Positions 31,164 to 41,087 of a DNA stretch of 51,365 nt are shown here, piece after piece (position 1 is the first letter of the stretch; each line of letters starts with the position of its first letter). The stretch covers positions 1 through 51,365 of the forward strand of contig JBHLKM010000023.1 in the NCBI GenBank assembly GCA_048886685.1, given 5' to 3'. The DNA comes from Candidatus Hodarchaeota archaeon. Its GTDB lineage: Archaea > Asgardarchaeota > Lokiarchaeia > Sigyniarchaeales > SOKP01. The notes under the pieces are model-generated. The model made no database searches and was not told where the DNA came from. It was given only the letters and a program-made list of their open reading frames with translations. The translations under genes were made by a program, and so were the position numbers.

Positions 31164-32258
31164 TTAATTGGTAAACAGTTTATTAAGATTTAGAAGAAGA
31201 TTCATATCTCCTTCGATTGTATACAATCCATCCATGAAACTTTTTTGCCCACTAACTTCTCCTGCGGCAATCTTCATCCACAATTCTTCTGGGCTCATAA
31301 TTTTCAGTGTAGGCGAGGGATAAGAACCGGCAAAAGCAGTGCATTTATCCTCATCTATGAGTAAATAGTATGAATCTGTTTCGAACTCAAATTGGATAAT
31401 GCTTTTCATACCTGGAAATGCATTTGGATTATACTGAGATGCCATTGTAGCAAAGTAGGCTGAAGTTCCCCCATCAGACATTTTCAAAGACTTTTCATCT
31501 ATTTTTGTTATTTCTCCCTCGGTATAATCTTTTTCAATGAAGGTATCCCAATATAGATTTGCTATTTTCTGAAAATTTTTGATTTGTTCTGGGGTAAAGG
31601 ATGTGAGTTCTTCAATCTGCGTTAGTGTGGATTGAGAAACTTGCTCATTTTTAGAAACTTCAAATCCAGCTTGTTGAATCAGACCATAAAGTTCACTATA
31701 AACTCCTTGAGATGCATCGTCAGCCATTTGATTTGCCCCACCAATTAAAATTTCACCAAGATATCTCTCGTTATTTGGTTTAAAAAGTTTTTTATACATA
31801 GCAATCATCGCATCAAAATGAGATTTTTCAGGGAAGCCTGCAACACTCAATATAAAAGCTTTTAGAATTTTATCTTTATTTCTTCTTGGATGGGATGTTA
31901 TACCCTCTTTTTCGATTAAATAAGGTTCTGCTAAAGGAAGCTGACGATCAAGAAACATCTTCACAGGACCCGGAACAGAATATATATAAAGAGGAATTGC
32001 ATAAACAATAAGATCAGCATTATCAATAATTGGTAATATTTCTTCCATATCGTCATGGTGGACACACTTTCCCGGGGTTTTAGTCCAACATGTAAAACAT
32101 CCTAAGCAAGGTTTTATATTCTTTTTATTGACCATTATTTCTTCAACACTGACTCCCCCTTTTCTCAAACCAATGGCAAAATTTTCACCAAGGTGAAATG
32201 ACCCAGATTTTTTCAATCTAGGACTCCCATACACAATTACCGCATTTTTAATTGTCAA
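31164..32258 (-). CDS. Iron-sulfur flavoprotein/FMN reductase fused to an SCP2 domain
   Basis: GSPR, C.GC..CW..PG.C...DDM; C-terminal FM.G.Y.IEGD SCP2 pattern. Confidence 0.85.
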   Translation of the reverse strand: MTIKNAVIVYGSPRLKKSGSFHLGENFAIGLRKGGVSVEEIMVNKKNIKPCLGCFTCWTKTPGKCVHHDDMEEILPIIDNADLIVYAIPLYIYSVPGPVKMFLDRQLPLAEPYLIEKEGITSHPRRNKDKILKAFILSVAGFPEKSHFDAMIAMYKKLFKPNNERYLGEILIGGANQMADDASQGVYSELYGLIQQAGFEVSKNEQVSQSTLTQIEELTSFTPEQIKNFQKIANLYWDTFIEKDYTEGEITKIDEKSLKMSDGGTSAYFATMASQYNPNAFPGMKSIIQFEFETDSYYLLIDEDKCTAFAGSYPSPTLKIMSPEELWMKIAAGEVSGQKSFMDGLYTIEGDMNLLLNLNKLFTN

Positions 32259-32526
32259 ATTAATTTCCTTAAAATGTTTTAAGTATATTAATTACTGGTT
32301 AAATTTAAGTTTCCTTATATTGTATTTAGAGAAAGGAAAAATTATTTAAAAAAACATAGGAGTCCAATATTTAATCTGAGCTTTCAAGATAGACTTAAAA
32401 GGATATGAAAAATCGGAGTACCAAATATTGATAAAAAAGTCTAAATTTGTTCTTAAATAAGTGTAAACCTTTAAACACTAAATTAATTTATATAATGAAT
32501 TAACAAAAAATTTGTAGGAATTAGAA

Positions 32527-33648
32527 ATGACAGAAGTAGAAGAGAGTTATGAGCATATTCGTAAATTATTTAGTTCTGGATTTGGAACGCGATTACCAAA
32601 ACATGAACTCACATATAAATTAATCAAAAATATGTATCATGATGAAGAAGCATTAATGATCTTCTCAAGCTTTAACGAAATTAACGAATATCATACTGTT
32701 GACCAGATCAGCGAAAAATCAGGCATAAAAGATAAGGAAGAATTAAAAAAAATGCTTGATCATATGGTTTATAAAGGTACTCTTATGAAGAGAAGAGATT
32801 CAACTTATTATATGTTTTCCTATTTACCTGGAATGTTTGAAGCATATTTCACAGCTGTAAGGGATACACCCGAGAGATTAAAAGAAGCTGGAAAAGCCCA
32901 CAGAGCATTACGTAAAATTAATTTCAATCCCACAGGAAAGTGGCCAGTTCCGTTACCAACAGATTTTAATAAAGAGAGCGCGTGGAGATTTGTTCCTGCT
33001 ATGGAACCCGTATCAAGAACAATAGAAATCAATGAAACACTTGAAGTAAAAAATGAAATACTACCATATGAGGTTCTTGAGAAATATTTATCTGTATATG
33101 ATGTTTTTTCAGAGACTCCGTGTAGTTGTAGAGAGGCAGCCAAATTGGCAAATGAACCGTGTCAAAGAACAAGTGAAAATTTTTGCATACAAGCAGGAGA
33201 TTTTGCTAACGGTGCTATTAGAAATGGAACGGGAAAAAAGCTAAGTTATGATGAGGCTATGAAACGCTTGAAAGAAGCAGAAAAGAATGGATTAGTCCAT
33301 TCTACTATGAATGAATTAGATCCTTCAATGTTCGTCTGTAATTGTTGCCCATGTTGTTGTATGGCATTAGCTCCAGTAGTAAAAGGATTTAAGCTTGGTG
33401 TGGCACAATCGAATTTTAATCCTGCGATTGATCATGATCTGTGTATTTTGTGCGATACTTGCGTAAATATTTGTCCAGTGGGGATTATTGAACACATCGA
33501 TGACTCTGATGGTGAAAAAATTACTTTCAACCTTGATGGGTGTTTAGGATGTGGTTTATGTGCTTCTAATTGCCCTGAAGAAGCAATTGCTTTGGAAAAA
33601 GTTAGAAATCATATTCCTCGTCAATCTTTCGGTAATATTTTCGGTTAA
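32527..33648 (+). CDS. 4Fe-4S binding protein
   Basis: CSCR, GLVH, CNCCPCCC and two CxxCxxCxxxCP motifs. Confidence 0.88.
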   Translation: MTEVEESYEHIRKLFSSGFGTRLPKHELTYKLIKNMYHDEEALMIFSSFNEINEYHTVDQISEKSGIKDKEELKKMLDHMVYKGTLMKRRDSTYYMFSYLPGMFEAYFTAVRDTPERLKEAGKAHRALRKINFNPTGKWPVPLPTDFNKESAWRFVPAMEPVSRTIEINETLEVKNEILPYEVLEKYLSVYDVFSETPCSCREAAKLANEPCQRTSENFCIQAGDFANGAIRNGTGKKLSYDEAMKRLKEAEKNGLVHSTMNELDPSMFVCNCCPCCCMALAPVVKGFKLGVAQSNFNPAIDHDLCILCDTCVNICPVGIIEHIDDSDGEKITFNLDGCLGCGLCASNCPEEAIALEKVRNHIPRQSFGNIFG

Positions 33649-33760
33649 ATTATACCCTTATTTTTATTTATATTTATTTTAACGAATTCTAAAAATTTTA
33701 AATCCATTGGATTATACTTAACTAAGTATAAATTGTCAATATAATTGCCCATAAATATTT

Positions 33761-34774
33761 ATGATTCAGCCTAACGAAAAAAGCCCAGAGCAGATCAGCG
33801 TTAAACTGATAACTTATCTAAGAGATGAGCTTCATGATATCAATGTAAATTATGCCTCACCCATAACTCAATTAAAGGGTGGTTTTGAAACATTCATGTA
33901 TTACTTTAAGCTTAAGAACGTTAAAGAAGAATTGAATCAGTATCTGGTACTGCGGTTATATCCTGAACATTATGGTCCTGAAAATGCCGTCTGGGAAGGG
34001 ATTATACAGAATACTCTAGCAGATGAAGGATATCCTGTTCCCAAGGTGCACCTGATCTGCACTGATAAGTCAATACTGGGTGGTGCATTCCTTATTATGG
34101 AATTCTTGTCGGGGGAACCCATGATGACGGCTTCTAAAAATGTACCTGAAATATTGGGAAAAACCCATGCCAAACTTCATAAAATTGATCCGAAACTTTT
34201 GATCAAGGCTCTTAAAAAGCATGGTTTTAATAAGAATCAATATCTGTTCATCAAAACATTTCGTAATGATTTAAAAACCGCAAAGAAATCAGAATTACCC
34301 TGGATCCTTGAGATTGCAGAGTGGCTTATAAAGAACCGCCCACCTGAACCGAAGAATCTCGCAATCTGCCATGGAGACTTTCATCCATATAATATTCTCA
34401 TCCAGGATGGGAAAATTTCAGGTGTTTTAGATTGGGGAGGCACTCTCATTGCCGATCCAGCTATGGATATCGCCAATACAATTAAGCTAATTACGATATT
34501 TCCAAAATATTTCCCCTTAGGATCGGAATATGAATCAGTCGATTGGGATAAATTCTCACGACTGTACTTGGATGCATATCATGCACAGAATCCCTTTGAT
34601 AACATAAAAATAGATTATTACGGAGTTGTGCGAAGTCTTCACAGTCTTATAGATGGTTTAAAGGGGAATCAAATAATGCGTTATCCTCCACTTATAAATG
34701 ATTTACTCGAATTCATTCATGAAGTCACTGGTATAAGAATCCCAGAGTCATTGGAATTCGATATTAATCTATAA
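33761..34774 (+). CDS. APH/choline-kinase-like phosphotransferase
   Basis: VLR, PVP, IME, HGDFHPYN, LDW, D...D.A. Confidence 0.88.
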   Translation: MIQPNEKSPEQISVKLITYLRDELHDINVNYASPITQLKGGFETFMYYFKLKNVKEELNQYLVLRLYPEHYGPENAVWEGIIQNTLADEGYPVPKVHLICTDKSILGGAFLIMEFLSGEPMMTASKNVPEILGKTHAKLHKIDPKLLIKALKKHGFNKNQYLFIKTFRNDLKTAKKSELPWILEIAEWLIKNRPPEPKNLAICHGDFHPYNILIQDGKISGVLDWGGTLIADPAMDIANTIKLITIFPKYFPLGSEYESVDWDKFSRLYLDAYHAQNPFDNIKIDYYGVVRSLHSLIDGLKGNQIMRYPPLINDLLEFIHEVTGIRIPESLEFDINL

Positions 34775-34866
34775 TTAAAATTTATACTTATCTTTCCATA
34801 TTAGCTGGTATCTAATGTCTCCTTTTCAATTATAATTTAAATACAAAAAAACATAAAAAATTATTA

Positions 34867-35802
34867 TTATTTTGAAATACCTAATAGCTTTGCTGCATTG
34901 TTACCTAAAATAGCTTCGACTTCCTCTTCAGTAAATTTTATTCCTTTCGGTGCATTCTTCGGAAGGTCTTTAATTAGTTGAATGTAATCCTTGGTGGGAA
35001 TAACTATATCGTATACGGGTCCATCTGATGCGAACAATACTTTTTCCAATCCCGCATAGTCTATTAAATCCCTTAATTCTCTACAGAATAATTCATATTT
35101 CCCAAATGCGTATGCTTGCCACATTGCCATATCCCCATATAAGTTTGGATAAAATGCTGCAAGAGCTGCCCACTCCCTCCATTTGGGCGGACTGCCCATA
35201 TGAGCGGCGATGATCTTTAAATTTGGGAGTTTATTTGATGTTTCTGAGAGTAAAAGTGGTTCGGTATATTTACATATTGCAGGAGGTCCTAATGGACCTG
35301 TATGTGTAAGTAAAATACCTCCCTTTTTCTCCACATATTTCAAAATTTTGATTGATTCAGGACTATTTGGGTGATATCCGCTATCACAGTGGTACTTCAA
35401 TCCTTTCATCCCAAATTCTTCAAAACATTGCTTTAACATGTCTAATGCGTTTTCTCTCCTTGGGTCAATACCTGCAAAAGCCATTAAACGATCAGGATAT
35501 TTATTAGCTATATTTGCAATTCTCTCATTAAGCATCAGAGCTATTTTTTCTGTTATTACTTCATTATCTACATTATCCACAGTATTGACACATGTAAAAT
35601 CAATCTCTGCTTCATTCATCCATTTAATTATTTTCTCCCCAGTCTCATCAGGATATCGTTCAGAAGCTCTACGAGCTAAACTTTCCTTATCGATTTTTAT
35701 CCCAACCACCTTAGCCAATCTAGATGGTTCTCCCATACGCATCAATACATTTTCATATTTTATTGAATAAGGACTTAGGTGATAATGCACATCAATAATC
35801 AT
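34867..35802 (-). CDS. Amidohydrolase_2 family protein
   Basis: IDVHYH, GLK, HTG, AHMG, LFASDGP, ILGNNA. Confidence 0.9.
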   Translation of the reverse strand: MIIDVHYHLSPYSIKYENVLMRMGEPSRLAKVVGIKIDKESLARRASERYPDETGEKIIKWMNEAEIDFTCVNTVDNVDNEVITEKIALMLNERIANIANKYPDRLMAFAGIDPRRENALDMLKQCFEEFGMKGLKYHCDSGYHPNSPESIKILKYVEKKGGILLTHTGPLGPPAICKYTEPLLLSETSNKLPNLKIIAAHMGSPPKWREWAALAAFYPNLYGDMAMWQAYAFGKYELFCRELRDLIDYAGLEKVLFASDGPVYDIVIPTKDYIQLIKDLPKNAPKGIKFTEEEVEAILGNNAAKLLGISK

Positions 35803-35930
35803 TTTTATACCTCTTTCTTATTAATTTTACTTGGTATCCTTTAATTCTCATAGAATGTTATAATTTCTGAATATTCTTTCCCTATTTATAGTTTAATATT
35901 AGAATAAATAATGATTTATATTTGATATTG

Positions 35931-36350
35931 TTAAGGTGACAAAACAGCAATTAGAGTGACAAGTGCTTTTGATACTAGTATCTCTTTTTCATCTGTTCTA
36001 ACATATATCTCAGATTCAGCAACTATAATCTTCTTTCCTCTGCTAACTACCTTAGATTTGCATATAATTTCATTTCCCTTAGCTGGTTTAAAATAATTTA
36101 TTTTAAATTCAATTGTAAGAATACGTTCATTTTCGGGTACAATAGTATAAGCAGAATATCCGGCTGTATGATCAGCCATAGTAGCTATTACCCCTGCATG
36201 AACAAACCCATCTTGCTGTTGATGCTCAGGACGAATTGTGAGATGAGATTCAAAAAATCCATTATCTACATTTCCAACAACAAATCCACAAAAGGCTGGA
36301 AATCCCTGAATAAAATCCTTTTTTAAGAAAGCAACTCGCTTTTCATTCAT
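35931..36350 (-). CDS. PaaI-family thioesterase
   Basis: G.VHAG.....AD, T.E.KINY..P. Confidence 0.9.
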   Translation of the reverse strand: MNEKRVAFLKKDFIQGFPAFCGFVVGNVDNGFFESHLTIRPEHQQQDGFVHAGVIATMADHTAGYSAYTIVPENERILTIEFKINYFKPAKGNEIICKSKVVSRGKKIIVAESEIYVRTDEKEILVSKALVTLIAVLSP

Positions 36351-36413
36351 AGCACTAAACCTTGTATTTAGTAAAATAACATTTTAATTGAATATTATTT
36401 TTGATGTTTTTAG

Positions 36414-36926
36414 TTATAAATCGAAAATGATTTCTCCAAAACATATTTCCTGAGAATATAGGAGACATTTTTTAAATTTAGGGCTAATTCGATGCTTTAT
36501 TCCCAATATATTGAGCCAGCAACTTACGCGATATAGAATTCCACATTCATAGAGGTCACTTATTCCAATACGTTTCATACCCTCATGGGCAAAGCATCTA
36601 TTCATTTCCCAATGAAGGCAGTTTTCTTGAGGGAATGAATAGATGAAATTCATGAAATCTCCTTTTACAACGCTAAATATGTTATTTATGAATGTTTTAA
36701 ACTGTTCGAAAGTACTGATTGTTTCATTTTCCATTCCCATTGCTTTTTTAACTCTTTGAACTTCAATGGCAGAAAGATTTTTGATAGCCAACTTATTTAG
36801 CTTATTAGCAGCCTTAATACCTAGTTCATTATAACAATTATAAAACCATGCTCCGTCATGAGTCATCCAACATTTAATTAAGAGTTCTTTTAATTGGTTT
36901 TTATCAAGCTGGTCAAATAAGGTCAA
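36414..36926 (-). CDS. DUF6125-like protein
   Basis: K.W..HDG.WF motif and conserved Cys residues. Confidence 0.65.
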   Translation of the reverse strand: MTLFDQLDKNQLKELLIKCWMTHDGAWFYNCYNELGIKAANKLNKLAIKNLSAIEVQRVKKAMGMENETISTFEQFKTFINNIFSVVKGDFMNFIYSFPQENCLHWEMNRCFAHEGMKRIGISDLYECGILYRVSCWLNILGIKHRISPKFKKCLLYSQEICFGEIIFDL

Positions 36927-37116
36927 AACGATCCCTTATAAAATTTTATGGATATTAAATCATTTAATTTTTAATATAACTTATTTTTATCTTAAATATT
37001 TTTAATCTAATTGATTTCGTTTTGAATTCACTGTTATCTACTTATTCATATTCACTTGATTAAAGGAGTAAAAAAATATTTTAATTGAATAATAAATTTG
37101 ATGTTTTTAAGGTGGT

Positions 37117-38556
37117 ATGTTGAATCAAATCGACTTTTTTGAGAAATTGTTTTATCCAAAAACGCTTGCCTTTATAGGTGCCAATCCAAGAAGAGTGAGG
37201 CATTTGAATGGTTACATATACAGATTTCCAAAAGATTCTCTCTATATTGTTACAAATTATTATGATGAATTTATGGAAAAACATGCAGAATTATTCGAAG
37301 GTGTGAACCTTCACACAGATATTTCAGAGATTCCTGATGAGATTGACCACAGTGTAATTTCGGTAAGCAGAAATAGGTTAATAAAAACAATAAAGAAATG
37401 TTTAGAAAAAAAATTTCATACTATTCATGTATTCTCTGCAGGAACAGGTGAATTCGATGAGAAGGGATTTGAAATTGAAGCGGAATTATATGAACTATTT
37501 AAGAACAATAAGAATAGCCTACTTGTAGGTCCAAACTGCATGGGAATTTACAGTCCAAGGGGAAAATTCTCATATAACAGACGTTTTAGTGAACAAGCAG
37601 GCAATTTTGCATTAGTTTCACAAAGTGGGGATCTTTCTAATCGGATTGTTTCCAGTCTAAATAATAAAGGTGTTTATTTCTCTTTTGCGGCGAGTGTTGG
37701 TAATTCCATTTCCCTTAGATCTTCAGATTTAATAGATTTCTATAATAAAGACGAAAATACAGATGTTATATTATCCTATATAGAAGGTTTCTCGCAATTT
37801 CGACAATCAGAATATGAGGGCAGAATATTTTTCGATTCATTGAAGAAGAATAAAAAACCACTACTTTTATTGAAAGGTGGAATTTCAGAGTTAGGAAAAA
37901 AAGCAGCAAGCAGTCATACAGGATCATTAGCATCACAAAATGCAATTTGGAATTCTATATTCAAACAAACAAATGCAATCCCGATAGTATCTTACGAAGA
38001 ATTAATAGATACTGCTGTTTTGTTTAGATTCTGTTCCGATTGTGAACTAATACATAACAGCATCCTAATGGTAACTTATAGTGGTGGATCTTCAGTACTA
38101 GGTGTAGATTCAATTTCTCGTTTGAATGCAGGAATAGAGATTCCTGAAATTCGAGAACCTACTCACTCCAAAATGAAAGAATTAATCAGAGTAGGATCTA
38201 TAACAAATCCTTTGGATCTCCCGGATCTTAGAGATGAAACAATCCGATTTGAATTGTTCAAATTAGCTGTTAGTGAAGATTATATATCATGCGCTATTCA
38301 ACTTAACCCAGGACCTAAATGGAGAGGAATAGATCAAGATGAAGAAGCATTAGAGAAATTTTATGCAGATTTAATAAGATACAAAGAACTATGCAACAAA
38401 TTGGGAAAACCCTATATGGTAAATTGTCCTCATTCAAACGACATAGATTTCAAAGAAAAGCTAACTGAATTGGAAATACCTGCTTACCCCAGCTTTGTAA
38501 GAGCAGCTAAAGCTTTTTCGAATTTGTATCGTTATAAAAATCCTAAACATTCATAG
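37117..38556 (+). CDS. ADP-forming acyl-CoA synthetase alpha subunit
   Basis: GPNCMG, SQSG, GN, Y.EG, KGG, SHTGSLA (phospho-His), NPLD. Confidence 0.88.
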   Translation: MLNQIDFFEKLFYPKTLAFIGANPRRVRHLNGYIYRFPKDSLYIVTNYYDEFMEKHAELFEGVNLHTDISEIPDEIDHSVISVSRNRLIKTIKKCLEKKFHTIHVFSAGTGEFDEKGFEIEAELYELFKNNKNSLLVGPNCMGIYSPRGKFSYNRRFSEQAGNFALVSQSGDLSNRIVSSLNNKGVYFSFAASVGNSISLRSSDLIDFYNKDENTDVILSYIEGFSQFRQSEYEGRIFFDSLKKNKKPLLLLKGGISELGKKAASSHTGSLASQNAIWNSIFKQTNAIPIVSYEELIDTAVLFRFCSDCELIHNSILMVTYSGGSSVLGVDSISRLNAGIEIPEIREPTHSKMKELIRVGSITNPLDLPDLRDETIRFELFKLAVSEDYISCAIQLNPGPKWRGIDQDEEALEKFYADLIRYKELCNKLGKPYMVNCPHSNDIDFKEKLTELEIPAYPSFVRAAKAFSNLYRYKNPKHS

Positions 38557-38761
38557 ATATAAAATCTACTAACAAGGATAGAAGCTTTCTATGTGCTTCT
38601 GTATATAGTAATACAGAGGATACTCGTAACCAATTTCTAAAGATAATAGCGCCAATTCTGCTTATGTTTACCATTAAATAAGTTGGAAATTGTTTTATAA
38701 ATTTGAAATTTATGAATATATAACAAAATTAAAATTCACGAAAAATAAGTGGTTAAAAAAA

Positions 38762-41020
38762 ATGAACAATTTTGAAGATTTTAAGGGCAAAATAGGAAGA
38801 ACTCACAAAGAATCAACACCATGGTGGCCTGAACCGAAAGGATTTGGGAAAGACTACCCGAATGTAATTATAATCTTACTTGATGATACGGGATTTGCTC
38901 AATTCGGTTGTTATGGTTCTACTATTGAAACTCCTAATTTTGATTGCCTTGCAGAAGGTGGTCTAAGATACAATAACTTTTATACAACTCCATTATGTTC
39001 GCCTACTCGAGCTTGCTTACTGACAGGTAGAAATCATCATTCAGTTGGTATGCGATCACTTGCTAATTTCGATTCTGGATACCCACATATGCAAGGGTAT
39101 ATTACACCACATGCTGCAACTATCGCAGAAATTCTTCGAGAAAACGGATATTCAACATTTGCGGTTGGAAAATGGCACCTAGCACCGCCATCTCACGGAT
39201 CAGCTGCTGGACCTTTTGATCATTGGCCTATACAACGCGGTTTTAATCGATATTATGGTTTTTTGGATGGAATGACAGATCAGTATTATCCCCAATTAGT
39301 CTATGATAACCATCCTATTCTCCCACCTAAAGGACCTGAAGAAAAATATCATCTCACTGAAGATCTCGTTGATAAATCTATTGAATTTATTCGTGATCAT
39401 ATATCAATTTATCCTAATCAGCCTTTTTTCCTATATTTAGCATTTGGTGCCACACATGCACCATTTCATGTCCCAAAAGAGTATGTTGACAAATATAAAG
39501 GACGTTTTGATGCAGGATGGGACGTTATTAGAGAACAATGGTATAAAAGACAACTCGAAATTGGTATAATACCTCCCAATACCAAATTAGCTCCACGTAA
39601 TCCAGGAGTAGAGCCTTGGGAAACATTATCAGACAATGAAAAAAGATTTTTCTTGAAATTACAAGAAGTATTTGCTGGTTTCCTCGATCACACTGATCAT
39701 CATGTAGGGAGATTATTAGATTTTCTTGATGAATTGAAAATTTCTGATAACACAATGATCTTTTTACTTTCTGATAATGGAGCTGCTAATGGAGGAGGTA
39801 AAATGGGATTGATTAGTGAGATGAAAAATTTTAATGGATTACAGGATGATATTGATAAAATTCAAGATCGAATTGATGATATAGGAAGTCCAAATACCAA
39901 TCCCTTCTATCCTTGGGGGTGGGCACAAGCTGGTAACTCTCCTCTCAAATGGTATAAAACGTATACGTTTGGAGGAGGTGTTCGTGATCCTTTAATAATT
40001 TATTGGCCAAATCATATCAAAGATGGAGGTACTATCCGAAACCAATTCCATCATGTTTCTGATATTGTTCCAACCATTCTTGATGTATTAAAAATAGATC
40101 CTCCTTCTACTTATAGAGGGCTTGCTCAAATACCAATCTCTGGGACATCAATGGCGTACACATTTGATTCTGCAGATGAGCCATCACATAAAAAAGTTCA
40201 ATATTTTGAGATGATTGGACATAGAGGTATATATAGTGATGGATGGAAAGCTGTTACAAATCATCAACCAGGAAAACCATATGATGATGATGAATGGGAG
40301 TTATACAATTTAATTGAAGACTTTTCTGAGTGTAATAACTTAGCAGAGCAATATCCCGAGAAATTGCGGGAGCTAATCGATTTATGGTGGATTGAAGTAG
40401 GTAAATATGGAGTATTACCATTAGATGATAGAAGAGCTGAACTATGGAGAACCCCACCTCAACCAGGATCACCTCATTATACGCGTGAATATACTTATTA
40501 TCCTCCAATTACTCATTTACCTGCTGGTGCTGGCCCACCATTTGGATCTCATTCTTGGATAATGCAAGTAAGCATTGAGAGAATAAATGAACAAATTGAA
40601 GGAGTAATAATTACCTCAGGAACGCATAACAATGGTTTAAGCTGGTATATTAAAGACAATCGCTTAGTCTTCGATTATAATGCATATAGAGACCATAGTG
40701 TAATACGTTCCAGTGTCACTGTTCCAACGGGACAAAGCACAATAGGGATCAAGTTTCAAAGAAAAGAAAGAGGAGGAACTTTCACTCTTTTAATAAATGG
40801 AAATGAATGTGGTTCCATTGATGTACCGTTAGCATTAAGAATAATTTCAACAACAGGACTACAAATTGGCATTAACAACTTATCTCCTATCACAAATGAC
40901 TATAAAGCTCCCTTTAAATTCATGGGAAAGATAAAATATATTAATTTCAAAGTAGAACCTTCCAATCCAACGATAGGGGAACTCAAAAATAAGTTTGATG
41001 CAGAAATGGCTAAACAATGA
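38762..41020 (+). CDS. Arylsulfatase (type I, Cys-FGly)
   Basis: DD.G, CSPTRA.LLTG, GKWH, SDNG. Start placed at ATG 38762 by alignment to the paralog. Confidence 0.93.
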   Translation: MNNFEDFKGKIGRTHKESTPWWPEPKGFGKDYPNVIIILLDDTGFAQFGCYGSTIETPNFDCLAEGGLRYNNFYTTPLCSPTRACLLTGRNHHSVGMRSLANFDSGYPHMQGYITPHAATIAEILRENGYSTFAVGKWHLAPPSHGSAAGPFDHWPIQRGFNRYYGFLDGMTDQYYPQLVYDNHPILPPKGPEEKYHLTEDLVDKSIEFIRDHISIYPNQPFFLYLAFGATHAPFHVPKEYVDKYKGRFDAGWDVIREQWYKRQLEIGIIPPNTKLAPRNPGVEPWETLSDNEKRFFLKLQEVFAGFLDHTDHHVGRLLDFLDELKISDNTMIFLLSDNGAANGGGKMGLISEMKNFNGLQDDIDKIQDRIDDIGSPNTNPFYPWGWAQAGNSPLKWYKTYTFGGGVRDPLIIYWPNHIKDGGTIRNQFHHVSDIVPTILDVLKIDPPSTYRGLAQIPISGTSMAYTFDSADEPSHKKVQYFEMIGHRGIYSDGWKAVTNHQPGKPYDDDEWELYNLIEDFSECNNLAEQYPEKLRELIDLWWIEVGKYGVLPLDDRRAELWRTPPQPGSPHYTREYTYYPPITHLPAGAGPPFGSHSWIMQVSIERINEQIEGVIITSGTHNNGLSWYIKDNRLVFDYNAYRDHSVIRSSVTVPTGQSTIGIKFQRKERGGTFTLLINGNECGSIDVPLALRIISTTGLQIGINNLSPITNDYKAPFKFMGKIKYINFKVEPSNPTIGELKNKFDAEMAKQ

Positions 41021-41087
41021 AATAATAAGACATTTTATTTAATTATATATTCAATAATAAAATTAAAAAAATTATAAGGTATAAAAA

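Noticed and set aside
38578-38617. Two small adjacent hairpins upstream of the sulfatases
   Set aside because: Short AT-rich stems expected by chance; no recognisable riboswitch.
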